DNA of 63,680 bases, filler included, from Chiloscyllium plagiosum (taxonomy: Eukaryota), in assembly GCF_004010195.1 (NCBI RefSeq). It is 4 parts of one record of this genome, joined end to end, with 100 filler letters (N's around TTAATTAATTAA, not from the genome) between each part and the next. Parts side by side here need not be neighbours in the genome. Positions count along the whole stretch, not along the records: positions 1 to 28,500 come from NC_057713.1; 3 more parts are not named here. One strand, written 5' to 3'. Below the pieces are notes generated by a model. It had not been told where the DNA came from. It did not search any database and saw only the letters and a program-made list of their open reading frames with translations. Shown piece after piece: positions 12,628 through 24,650 of this stretch. How positions within the stretch are numbered: position 1 is the stretch's first letter; every line of letters begins with the position of its first letter. The position numbers were made by a program, and so were the translations under genes.

Positions 12628-13735
12628 ACTGTTTCATTCATTCATTTACAAAACTGTATTTTGTAGTATATTTTACCACTACAATGTGGGACTAAAATTA
12701 AAACATCCCTTTCATTCTAAACTCCTATTAGGCCTATTTCTACATTAAAAGCTACCTCTGAATAGGTATCAATGTCACAAACAATACCATCCCCATCAAG
12801 TCTCCATGATACATTATAATATTAATCAGTCCTTACCAACCGACTCGTGGACCTGAATAGATTATAGAACGCCAAACATTTTTCCCAATTAGTTTGTACC
12901 TGTTAAATGTCTTTTAATTGGATCCTTTTAAGAAACTAACTCAAAAGAGTGCTTAAGTGAATAAATGAATGAAACTCACATCGGCAAATAGTAAACAAAT
13001 CTCATAACCCAGCTGCGGTAATCAGTTAAATATTTTTTATTTTATTTATTAAGTACAGGTACAATTTCTAACTTATTTAGAGCATACAGACCTCGTTTTT
13101 TTTAACTAACATTTACTAACTTAAAAGACAAAAGGACTGACACCTCTTAATTATGCAAGCAGACCAGACAGATACTCTTAATCCCACCAGCACTTAACAC
13201 ACGGTTTAACCCCCTCCTGTCTCCCAGGATAGAAGCCCCTCAAACCTTTGTGTACTACAGGTAAAAAAATGTAACACCATATGAATGAAATTTTTAATAT
13301 CTGTAAGAACTGTGCCTAAAGGTGCTCTTGTAAGAACAGTATTTTAGAATTCTATTACTGCCTCGAACTTGTGCTACTTGCTGTTGCTAAATAGAGGAGT
13401 CTATTTTTGCCACTCACTAATTTCGATCATTATTTGAACATGACCCCACAACTGTGTGATTCTACAATTCTATAACTATTTCCTTTTGTCAATATTGAAG
13501 TTTCCAACATTAAGTTTGCTCCAATTTTCTCATTTAAACCTCTCTTTAAAGATGTAGAATTAGTCATGGGTGGATTCAAGATGGTGGCGATCTGAATAGA
13601 TCAGCCTTGCTGAGCTCTGCATCACAATCCAAGGTAGTAATATTTTTTCACCTCCCCCAGCTTAGTTTTTTTTTGGAAAGAAATTATTGTTTAACAGTAA
13701 AACAACCATTTGAATCCTTTTTCTAGCATGCGAGA

Positions 13736-14568
13736 ATGAATAAGGGGAAGCAAACAGCCAAGTGTCAACGTTTGGGACATTCGAAAACAGCAGGCAGGCC
13801 AAGACTGCAACTGGGGAAACAGCTGCAGCTCCCTTTGCAGCTGTGAAAGAAATGCCTGCACAGCAGAACACCGTGGAGGAACTCGGAGCAATTCGACAGA
13901 TGATCTAGGAGATGAGGGAAGATACCCATAATCAACTGGAGCTTATCTCAACCAGGCTGCAAAAGCATGAGAAGGAGTTGGAAGGGCTTGGGAAACGAGT
14001 TGAAGAGGTTGAACGGTGGACTGCACATTGAGAGACCGAGGTCGCGTCCTTAGCGGGCGGATCAACACCCTTGAGAAACAGGTTCGGGCCCTGACTGAGC
14101 AAATCAATGACCTGGAAAGTAGAGGTAGGAGGAAAAATATCCGGGTTGTTGGCCTGCTGGAGAGAATAGAAGGTGGGCAGCCAGCAAGTTTTTTTGAAGA
14201 CTGGTTGCCACAATGTTCTGGCTGGGATGCAGAGACAGACTGGGTGAAAATTGACATAGCTCACCACATCCCCTGCCCAACTCTGAAATGATTTCAATGC
14301 TACAGGTACAAGTAGAATCATGGAAACTTCTAGAAGGTTGGGGAGAGATCCGCAGGCCCTGACTTATCAGGGAACTAAGGTAATGTTTTTCCAGAATTCT
14401 TCTGCACAGTGATCCATAAAAGGAAATCATTTGAGGTTAAGAGAAGGTTAAAGGACCCTGGTATTCAATATTCGATGTCTAGCAGTGCTACGTATTACTT
14501 ACGAGGAAACTGTGCAGTCGTTACATTCCTTGGAGCAAGCCAAAAACCTCTTGGATACTTTAAAATAA
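13736..14568 (+). pseudogene. L1 ORF1p remnant (coiled-coil, RRM, CTD)
   Basis: LEKQVRALTEQINDLESRGRRKNIRVVGLLERIEG and LTYQGTKVMFFQNSS; stops and frameshifts. Confidence 0.88.
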
Positions 14569-15020
14569 TGTAGATGTATTTATGGACATGGACAATAGTG
14601 TCTGGGTTTTTTTTTGACTTGCTTTAATTTCTTATACTTTCACTCTTTCCCAAAGAAGCTGTTATTGGTGGGGTTTTTTTCTCTCCAAGCTGGAGTGTGG
14701 TGATATATTGTGGGGTGTGGGCAGAGTGCTCACTGTTTTTGTTATACCTTTGTGTTTACAACATCCTTTGTTTGGTTTCTTCCATTGGTTGGGTTTGGGG
14801 TGCGGCTTGAGCTGGAGGGGAGGATGGAGATGTGGGTGGGAAATGTAAGCATCCTCTGTGGGCAGGGGGTAGAGTTCCCCATTAAGTTCCTTTTGTGTTT
14901 TGTAGTTAGATTTTATTTTGTTTTTTTTGTAAATAGGCTCTGCATCTCCTTTTGAGTGTGCTCAGCATGTTGTAAGATGAATTCTTCCTCTCAGCAGGTC
15001 AAAGGTGATTGTAAAGGATC

Positions 15021-18000
15021 ATGGTTAGCAGCGTTCTTAAATGGGATTCATTCGCCAGTTAAAAGAAAAAAGGGTGTTGTCAAGCCTTAGAAAGGAGAGG
15101 GTGGATGTTGCCCTGTTACAGGAAATTCATCTTAATGACAAGGAACACTTGAAGTTACAGCAGGGTGGGTTTGATCAGGCGTTTTTCTCGTCAGATAGTA
15201 CTGGGAGCACAAGAGTGGCAATACTCATCCGGAAGCAACTCCCATTTAACTTCATAGATTGTGTTAAAGATGAGTATGGTCAGTTTGATATTCTTAAGGC
15301 CCTTATATCTGGTGAGGAATATGGTATTTTGAATGTCTACTGCCCTCTGCCCCACCCTCTTAAATTTCTGACTGATAGCCTTGGTGTCATGGCATATTAT
15401 TAAAGGGTGGGGTCTTTAATTGCCTTATGGATCCTGTGCTGGATAGAATGCCCAAAGGCCCCCCAAAGCTTTCTTCACAATCTGGGTGACCTATGTGTGG
15501 AACTGGGGTTGGCAGGCATTTGGAGATGTTTACACCCTAAGGGCAGAGATTTTACATTCTTTTCCAATCCTCATTAATGCCACACAAAGATTGTTTTTTT
15601 TCCCCCTAACTCCCGTGGCTTTTTTAGATTTGGTGGCATCCTGTTTGATTGGGATTATTGTCATCTCTGTTCATGCAGCGGTGTATTTAATGGTTAAGAT
15701 TAAGGGTGATGCAATGAGAATACTTCTCTAGGGAGTTTGAACCGTTTTGGCCACCAACACGGGTACAGCTAGTAAATTGTCGGTTCTTTGGGAGACTGCT
15801 AAGGCCTATGCTAGAGGGACAGAAGGGAGAGCAGCAGCATCTGCTCGAGGCATGATTGAAGGTCGCTGAGACGGCATATTACAGTAGGCTGTCAGTACTA
15901 AGCTGCAGCGGATCCACCTTCAACTCTGTGCTAACGTATACAGCAAGGAAGAAACTTTCCTTTGCAAAGCAGAGGCTGTTTGAGCATGGTGATAGGCCAG
16001 GGAAATACTTGGCATATTTGATGAGGAAGAAGAATGCCTCCCAGTCTATTGCTTCTATTGGGGCAGGGAATGGGACTCTTAAGTACGATGCTAAAAAAAT
16101 TAATGAGGCATATAGGAGGTTTTACTCTGAACTTTACCAGTCTGAATGCTGTGAGGACAGATGGGATAAGATGGAGTCTTTTTTTAGGAATATAGATCTT
16201 TCTGGTGTGTCTGCTGAACAGGCATCTCTCCCTAGTGCTCTGTTAATAGCCCAAGAGATACAAGAGGCTGTGAGGCAACTTCAAAGTGGAAAGGCACCAA
16301 GCCCTGATGGTTTTAACAGTGAATTTTATAAAGAATTTGTAAACATACTGTGAGGACCAATGCTAGACATGTATAACCATTCATATAGTCAGGATTGCCT
16401 CCAGTCACCCTAGAGAGAGGCTAATATCTCTCTTATCCTTAAGAAAGGGAAGACCCTGGAAGACTGTACTCCTAACAGACCATTCTCACTTTTAAACCCT
16501 GATTTTAAAATTTTATCGAAGACTCTGGCATTGAGGTTGGAAAGGGTGTTGCCCTCTATTGTTAAGGACGATCAGACGGGTGTATAAAGAGTCGCAGATT
16601 TTCTAATAATGTTAGGAGACTGCGTAACCTGATTCAGGTGTGCCAGCAACAGTCGGTTCAAGGGTTAGTGGTTTCCTTGGATGCGGAGAAGGCATTTGAC
16701 CGGGTGGAATGGCCGTAACTTTTTTATACCCTGGAGCAGTTTGGCTTGTGTGAAGTGTTTACTAGATGGGTATGCGCCCTTTACAGTGATCATTTGGCGG
16801 CGGTTCTCACCAATAGTATAAGGTCTGATAATTTTAACACTGGTAGGGGCAGTTAGCAAGGCTGTCCCCTCTCACCTTTGCTCTTCATGTTGGTGATTGA
16901 ACCGCTGGCAGACGCCATTTGTAGAGACCCTAATATAGCTGCCTGAAAGGTGGGGTCGAAGGTGCATAAGATCACATTATATACGGATGATATTCTCATT
17001 TTTCTTTTCAACCCGGCAGTAGTGGTGCCCCAGTTGATAAAATGTACTAACTCATTTGGCTTTTTCTCAAGTTACAAGATCAATTTTTCAAAATCATAGG
17101 TTATGCCTATGGGGGGGGGGATCTTAGGGAAATACTGGACATTGAAGGTGGTTCCCCTTTAAATGGGCACAGGGAGGCTTTCTTTATTTGGGCCTCTCTG
17201 TTAATAATTAATCAAAATTAGGGGTAAAGGCTAATTTTGTTCATTTGTTTGACAAGATTAAACAAGACCTTCAAGGATGGGGACTCTTTCCAATACCATG
17301 GCTAGGTCGAGTTGCTCTTATTGAAATGAATGTTCTACCTCGCTTATTATAACCTCTTATCAAGCTTACAAACTTGTAGATGCTCCAGGGGTTGGGAGGA
17401 GTGGATCTCCTGGATGTCAAAAGGTATCAATTGAGCTCCCTTTTATCTTTTGTGAGTGATTGGGCCTGTGATGACTCAGTGTTGATACAGTTGGACATTG
17501 AGTCCTCCCAGGCAAAGTGTCCTTCTATTAACCTGTTGTTTCTGGACAAAATGAGGATAGTTGCGGAACATTGCCGCGGTCCAATAGTTATTAACACTGT
17601 CAAAGCATGGAGGGCAATAAGACAGATGGAGGGTAATATGTCTAAAACATCTTTCCATACTCCCATAGTTGGTATGCCAGGTTCCCGGCCATGAACAATG
17701 GATCCCGGGTTTAAGTGCTAGGCGGATAGGGGAGTCTTTTGTTTGGGTGACTTGTTGTAAGATGAAACGTTAATGTAATTTGATCAAATAACTCATTAAG
17801 GTTAGATTATTGAGCAGGGACCTCTTCTGTTTTTTTTCAGATAAGAGATTTTATCCAAAGAGACACTATGCTCCGACTGTATGTTATAAATCTGATATGG
17901 AAAAGAGGATGCTTCAAGCAAAGAGCACTCTTTAGTAAGTACTCTCCATCATTTGCCGGGGGGAGGTTTCTCGGGTGACATCGAGCAATTACGGGAGGTT

Positions 18001-18584
18001 TAGAGGTGAGTTAGGGGTGGAGATCACTCCAGAAACTTGGGAGGACATTTGTGACAATGCGAGGAGGATTTCGATATGTAATAGGACCTGTGCTGTCCAA
18101 TTCAAGATTCAGCATTGGGCAGATCTGGCCCCGGATCATCTTGCAAAATTTAAGCAGCGTGCGTCTTCAATGTGCCCCAAATGTAAAATAAATACAGGTA
18201 CGCTCACTCATTGTTTGTGGTCCTGCCACAGGCTCTGTACATACTGGAGCACTGTGGCAAGAGTAATAGAGGGACCAAAGTCAAGGTGGACCCAGTTCCT
18301 CTTCTCCTGGGTTTTCTGAATTTATCTCCCTTAGGTGTGCATGGGAGAAAGCTTTTTAGCATCCTCATATTTTATGCGAGGAAGAACATTCTGATGTGCT
18401 GGATGTCTGAGAACTCCTTGGGTCTGTTGGGGTGGGGCACAAGTTAATTATGGAATACATTCCTTTGGACTTTCTTACAAATATGGTGCACCAGAAAACG
18501 GACAATTTTTATAAGACATGGCAACCCTTTTTGAATTATTTGAAAGCAGATTTGTCTGCCACGTTAATTAGTGCTTTTGTCTAG
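15021..18584 (+). pseudogene. L1 ORF2p remnant (APE, RT, CCHC knuckle)
   Basis: VDVALLQEIHL (APE), KAPSPDGFNSEFYK, SLDAEKAFDRVEW, GCPLSPLLF, LYTDD (RT), CPKCKINTGTLTHCLWSC; many stops and frameshifts. Confidence 0.92.
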
Positions 18585-19075
18585 TCATGGGTGGTTTGGT
18601 TTAATAAGAGGAAGAATGTAGAGCAAATGTAGGTTTAATAATTGATGCTCTCGAAGGTTGAGAGCTGAGGTCTTGTTACGCTGAGCGGCATTATTTATTT
18701 ATTTGTTTATTGATGTGTAATGAGTGTAGTTGTGAGTTATTTTGTAGGGTAGTATAGTAGTTGCTTTATTGTTTATTGTTGTTATAATGTTATATTTTCA
18801 TATTTTGGTAATTTTATAAAGAAAAAGTTTTTCAATAAAAATATTTTAAAAATAATTGTCATAAGTTCTGTATGACATTTCATATATTGGAGACCAGTAT
18901 TATAATTTTCACAGATTAAAAAGGATAGCTTTCATTTAGAATATAATTCACATCATCTTATCGTGTAAAAGGTTGTGAATTCTAAAGTTTGCCTGGAAAT
19001 TGCCAGAATGACCTCTCATATTCAATTTCCTGACACTCCTGCGTAAAGTATGATGATAATTCATCAATTCAATTG

Positions 19076-19185
19076 ATAATATTTGCTTTTTAGAGCATTC
19101 AAGATTATACCATACTTGTCACCTGGCAACATAATATTTGCTTTTTAGAATATTCAAGATTATATCATACTTGTCACCTGGCAAC
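19076..19185. repeat. 55-bp tandem duplication (2 copies)
   Basis: ATAATATTTGCTTTTTAGA...CATACTTGTCACCTGGCAAC at 19076-19130 and 19131-19185, with 3 mismatches. Confidence 0.95.
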
Positions 19186-19371
19186 ATTTCAGTGTATTAA
19201 GTGCACATTCAATCCTAGGGATTTTCAAAAATTGAAATTATACCTATGTTAATAAGAATTTTGAAAGTAGTAATTCCATCTTCAATATTAGTGAATGCAT
19301 GTTAGTTCTTTTAGAAAAAAAGTCACTGCAATCTAAGATATGTAGCAGATCTCTCCCCTGCAAATACTCAC

Positions 19372-19448
19372 CAATCTCTTTGCTTTCCCATTGTTATTAG
19401 AACAATTCCTCCAAGACCAATGATGATTAGTGCTGTGGATATTAACAT
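19372..19448 (-). CDS. Candidate first coding exon (signal peptide/anchor-like), gene unidentified
   Basis: ATG (in-frame TGA upstream) MLISTALIIIGLGGIVLITMGKQRD followed by a TTG|GTGAGT donor; non-repeat context; no homology recognised. Confidence 0.25.
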
Positions 19449-20793
19449 TGCACTATATTTTGTACACTTGGAGATTTTTTTTCAAACTCTGATTGTTTCA
19501 GTTGCTCAGGACCAAAATAACAGCTATTGTTGCAGTGTCTTTGATCAGGTGGTGCACAGTCAGAATACAGTGCACAACATATTCATCAGAAGATCAATTG
19601 TGTTGAAAGCAAAAACTAGTGGTCTGAGAAGGGCTAACATACTCCAAACAATAAAGAAAGCAGGAACTGAGTCCAGTGACCTCGTCAATAAAAATATTCT
19701 TCTCCAGCTAATGACAAGGTAACCTCTAACCAGCATAACACAGATCATCCAATGTAGAGAGGATTATCCACTCTAAACATACAATTATTCAGAACTCTTT
19801 GGGGAATTAGATCAAAATTTCGCATGAAAAGCCAAGGGGCAGCTGTTAGATGAAAAGTGCTGCTGCCATCACTTGTGACGTGGCACCCAATTACACCTCA
19901 ATCTTTAATTTAGTGGCTGACAGGTGGCAGGAGCGATCACTTTGGAGATGGAGAAAAGTATTGATGCAGCAGATGGTACTGGCATAAGTGTTAAGGGCAT
20001 TTATAAAGGGCTGTCACGACTCCCAGAATGTAGATGGACCCTGAAGGCCTGACTACTCCGACTCTCAGCCAGCACTGAAGGCTCAGTCTGCCCTAAAGAT
20101 CCAGTCAGCACTGAGTTATGAAAATATTCCTTCCTTTAGAGGTTAACCAATGGATAAACTGTTGGAGAGGGAGAGCCAAACCACTCAATGGGAATGGGAT
20201 CAGGATAAGCATCTGGAAGGAATGGATGCAGATTTATCAAGTAGTGCAAATCTGTCAGTGGTGATATTTGCCATTGATGGTTGGTTGCCAATCAGTTAGG
20301 CAACTATCATTCCTCTTTTTGTGTGTAGGAAAAGATAGCCTACTCAGGAAGGAAAATGTCAACAGGCGGGCTAAACATGGACAGCAACTCTCCCCTTGGA
20401 TTTTTTTTTTCTCATTAGAACATAGCTATTCTTTGTGTTCTGAAATTTACTTTTCACTACATTTCTATTGATTTATCCCATAACGTAATTTAGCCAGTTC
20501 ATTTTAACAAGCTCAGCTTTTATACCCTCATAACTGATTTTATTAAACTTGAAATATGTCTTTCTTACAAAATGTAAAATTCAATCATGTTATGGTTGAC
20601 GTTATCTCGGAGTACCTTCACAATGAGGTTGTCTATTAATCCTATCTCGTTGCAGAATACCAGGTCTAGATAGAACAGCAAGCAGAGTTCAGGTATAAAT
20701 CGGGAATTTTTAAATTGGGAGATATAACTATTGGAGTTTTGCAAGGATTATGTTTTGCTACTTATACTCTGTATTAGAGAAATGGATGGAGAA

Positions 20794-21972
20794 GGAGAAA
20801 GTGAGGACTGCAGATGCTGGAGATCAGAGCTGAAAATGTGTTGCTGGAAAAGCGCAGCAGGTCAGGCAGCATCCGAGGAGCAGGAGAATTGACGTTTCGG
20901 GCATGACCCCTTCTTCAGGAATGAGGAAGGTGTGCCAAGCAGGCTAAGATAAAAGGTAGGGAGGAGGGACTTGGGGGAGTGGCATTGGAAATGTGATAGG
21001 TGGAAGGAGGTAAANNNNNNNNNNNNNNNNNNNNNNNNNNNNNNNNNNNNNNNNNNNNNNNNNNNNNNNNNNNNNNNNNNNNNNNNNNNNNNNNNNNNNN
21101 NNNNNNNNNNNNNNNNNNNNNNNNNNNNNNNNNNNNNNNNNNNNNNNNNNNNNNNNNNNNNNNNNNNNNNNNNNNNNNNNNNNNNNNNNNNNNNNNNNNN
21201 NNNNNNNNNNNNNNNNNNNNNNNNNNNNNNNNNNNNNNNNNNNNNNNNNNNNNNNNNNNNNNNNNNNNNNNNNNNNNNNNNNNNNNNNNNNNNNNNNNNN
21301 NNNNNNNNNNNNNNNNNNNNNNNNNNNNNNNNNNNNNNNNNNNNNNNNNNNNNNNNNNNNNNNNNNNNNNNNNNNNNNNNNNNNNNNNNNNNNNNNNNNN
21401 NNNNNNNNNNNNNNNNNNNNNNNNNNNNNNNNNNNNNNNNNNNNNNNNNNNNNNNNNNNNNNNNNNNNNNNNNNNNNNNNNNNNNNNNNNNNNNNNNNNN
21501 NNNNNNNNNNNNNNNNNNNNNNNNNNNNNNNNNNNNNNNNNNNNNNNNNNNNNNNNNNNNNNNNNNNNNNNNNNNNNNNNNNNNNNNNNNNNNNNNNNNN
21601 NNNNNNNNNNNNNNNNNNNNNNNNNNNNNNNNNNNNNNNNNNNNNNNNNNNNNNNNNNNNNNNNNNNNNNNNNNNNNNNNNNNNNNNNNNNNNNNNNNNN
21701 NNNNNNNNNTCAGCACCACCTTCCTAACCTGCAATCTTCTTCCTGACCTCTCTGCCCCACCCCCACTCTGGCCTATCACCCTCACCTTTACCTCCTTCCA
21801 CCTATCACATTTCCAACGCCCCTCCCCCAAGTCCCTCCTCCCTACCTTTTATCTTAGCCTGCTTGGCACACCTTCCTCATTCCTGAAGAAGGGCTCATGC
21901 TCGAAATGTTGATTCTCCTGCTCCTCGGATGCTGCCTGACCTGCTGCGCTTTTCCAGCAACACATTTTCAGC
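20794..21972. mobile_element. Fold-back PLE insertion (family A): two inverted 3' ends around a sequence gap
   Basis: 20829-21014 is the reverse complement of about 21787-21972; hammerhead cores at 20887-20922 (-) and 21879-21914 (+); TSD ATGGATGGAGAA (20782-20793) / ATCGATGGAGAA (21975-21986). Confidence 0.85.
21015..21709. other. Assembly gap (N run)
   Basis: Run of N. Confidence 1.
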
Positions 21973-22699
21973 ATATCGATGGAGAATACAAGTTGTGATA
22001 GCCTTTGACTTGAAAGCAGTGCAGAAGTGAGGGAGGTTTCCAATATATTTAGAATTTGAATTTAGGAATGTTTGCAAATGAATATTAAAAGCTTGCATCA
22101 ATCATTTGTAATTTTCTTATATCTTAAGAAATACTGGTTGATATGACCTGTCAACCCTTGACCTGGAAGCATACCAATAGAAGGGATATTAACATATGAA
22201 AGCTAAGTAGTTGGTAGATAAAAAGAAATTCTTTGACTAAAGGAAATCTGTAATAGGGGCAGGGCGAAAAAGGCACATTTACAAGGAATTGTATGTGTAA
22301 TACAGTTAAAAGGGATAGAAAGTGAGAGTCAGGATTAGCAGAGACTGTGAATTGGAAAATTCTATCCTAGTTTTCAGATTTAAATAGATTTTTAAATTAA
22401 TTGCAATAAACGAGTCTCCAAGGATCTGTGTCATCAAGCCTGTAATTTGCATGGATCCTGATTTGTGTTAAGGTAAAAGCTGCAAAAAGTTGAATCTTGT
22501 TCATTATTTCTTCAATTGGGGGGGGGGCGGGGAGGTCAATTAGTAAATATGATTATTTTGATTTATGGTTTTCCAAGGGATTGTAACAAAGTCCAGTGAC
22601 AATGAAAAGCAGGGCAAGATTGCAAGACAAGATGAAGACTTGAAGAATGTTGGCAGTAATACATTAGCAAAGGTAGAGAAAGACAGACCAGGATTACAT

Positions 22700-24650
22700 T
22701 TTTAGGATAAGAAGGATTTTTTTCTTTTCAAGGGTAGTGAATGGCTGGAATTCTTTACTGCAGAAGTCTGTCGAGACTGAGTTGTTAAGCATTTCATGAT
22801 CCGAGATAGACAGACGTTTAATCTGCAAGGGATAAAGCAGGAAAATGAAGTTGAGCATTAATGACAAACCATGATCTCATTGAATGGCGAAGTAGATCAA
22901 ATGGGCTGAGCATCCTACTCTTGCTCTTATGTCTTATGGTCTTAATGTAGACAAATGAAATGAATGGAAAACAAGATTAGAGATAGAGTAAATTGTGGGC
23001 AATTGTTAGGTTATCCACTTTTGTAGTAACATAGAAATGCTGATCTTTACAACAGGTATGGAAGTTATATATATATTGATCTTAACACACCAGAGTTGGA
23101 TATACTCACATAAAGAAAGTTACCTTGCAGGTAGAGCAGGCTATTAGGAATTCAAATGATATGTTAGATTGTATTACAAGGGGATTGGGATACAAGAATA
23201 TGAAAGTCTTGATGACTTGGATGATGGGAATAAATATACTATTGTCAAGTTTTTGTATGACACAAAATTGGTAGGAAGGCAAATGGTGACGATGTCACAA
23301 AGGAACAAAGTCTGCAAAGGGACATAGATAGATTAAATGAGATCAGGCAAAAACTTGGCAGATGGAATATAGTTTTGAGGAAATGTGAAGTTATGCACTT
23401 TGGCTGGAAGAAGAGGAGCTCTACATTACTTACATGACAAAAGACCGCAAAAGCTGCAGAATAATGCTTAGCGTCCAAGTTCACTGGGTAATAGGGAAGG
23501 CAAATGGAACATTGGCCTTTATCTAAAAGAGAATGGAATATTAAAATATGGAGGTTTTACTAAATCTATGCAAGGTGCTAGTCAGATCACAGCTGGAGTA
23601 TTGTGCACAGTTTTAGGCCCCTTATCGAAGGAGGTGCAGTCCAGAGAAGGTTCATTAAGCTGATACCAGGTATGGAGTGACTGTCTTATGGGGTGAGTTT
23701 GAGCAGGTTAGGCCTATACACATCAGAATATTGAAATATGTGAGGCAACCTATTGAAAACATTCTTGGGGGACTTCACAGGGTAGATGTGAAAAGGTTGT
23801 TGCCCTTTTGCAGGAGAGTGTAGGATCAAAGGGCATTATCACAGAATAAGGGGTTGCATATTTAAGACAGAGGAGGAATTTCTTCTCTGAGTGTTGTCTA
23901 TCTGTGGAATACTTTACTGCAGAGGCATGTTGAAACAAGGTCATTAAATATATTCAAAGCTGAATATACTTGTATTATTAATGAGTAAGAGAATGAAACC
24001 TTATGGGGTAAAAGAAAGAAAGTGGAGTTGAAGATTATCAGATTATATCATTGTATCATTATATCATTGAATGGCAGAGCAGATTCAATGGGCTGAATGG
24101 ACTACTTCTGCTCTTACATTTTATGGTCTTATTGTCTAACAGTGTAGGGGTCTGATGAGACTACATCTGGAATACCATGTGCATTTTTCATTTCAATGCT
24201 TCAGAAAGTTTATACTTGGATTGGAGGCTGTAGAATGAAGGTTCACAGATCTGGTTCCTGGAATGACAGCTTTATTCTCTGATCAGAGGCAGAGTAAAGT
24301 AGGCATATATTCTCTGGAGTTTGGAGGAGAGGACTGAGTGGAAAGACTTTGATTCCTGTCTGCAGAACCTAGAAGAGAAGTCTTGGGAATCCAATCATGT
24401 GAAAGTGTGGTGAGCAATAATTCCTTCACCGAAAGGTTTGTGAGTCTGGAATTTTCTTTACCTGAGGGCCAGGGATCATCTATCATTGAATGCATTTTAG
24501 GCTGAGGTGGATAATTCAGGGAAGTATAAGAAATGGGAATACAGTATGAAAGTGAAATTGAAACTGAAGTCTTGACATGATCTTATTGAACAGCAGAGCA
24601 AGCTCTACTTATAGTCAAGTCCTGCTCCAATTTCTTGTGTTCTTATGTAG
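22700..24650 (+). mobile_element. Cluster of old CR1 RT/3' fragments
   Basis: Repeated CR1 motifs (DTKIG, LQRDIDRLNE, KCEVMHFG) and three CR1 3' ends near 22940, 24130 and 24645. Confidence 0.75.

Larger units (their letters stand above)
13568..18853 (+). mobile_element. Full-length, disabled L1 LINE
   Basis: 5' CAAGATGG motif (13577), ORF1 remnants, spacer, ORF2 APE/RT/CCHC remnants, T-rich 3'UTR ending in AATAAA and an A-rich tail. Confidence 0.92.

Noticed and set aside
19076..19185. Repeat pair as a CRISPR-like array
   Set aside because: Two abutting copies with no spacers, in a vertebrate context; a simple tandem duplication.
20862..21912. Long ORFs across N runs (also 54833-56095)
   Set aside because: Artefacts of translating N as X.
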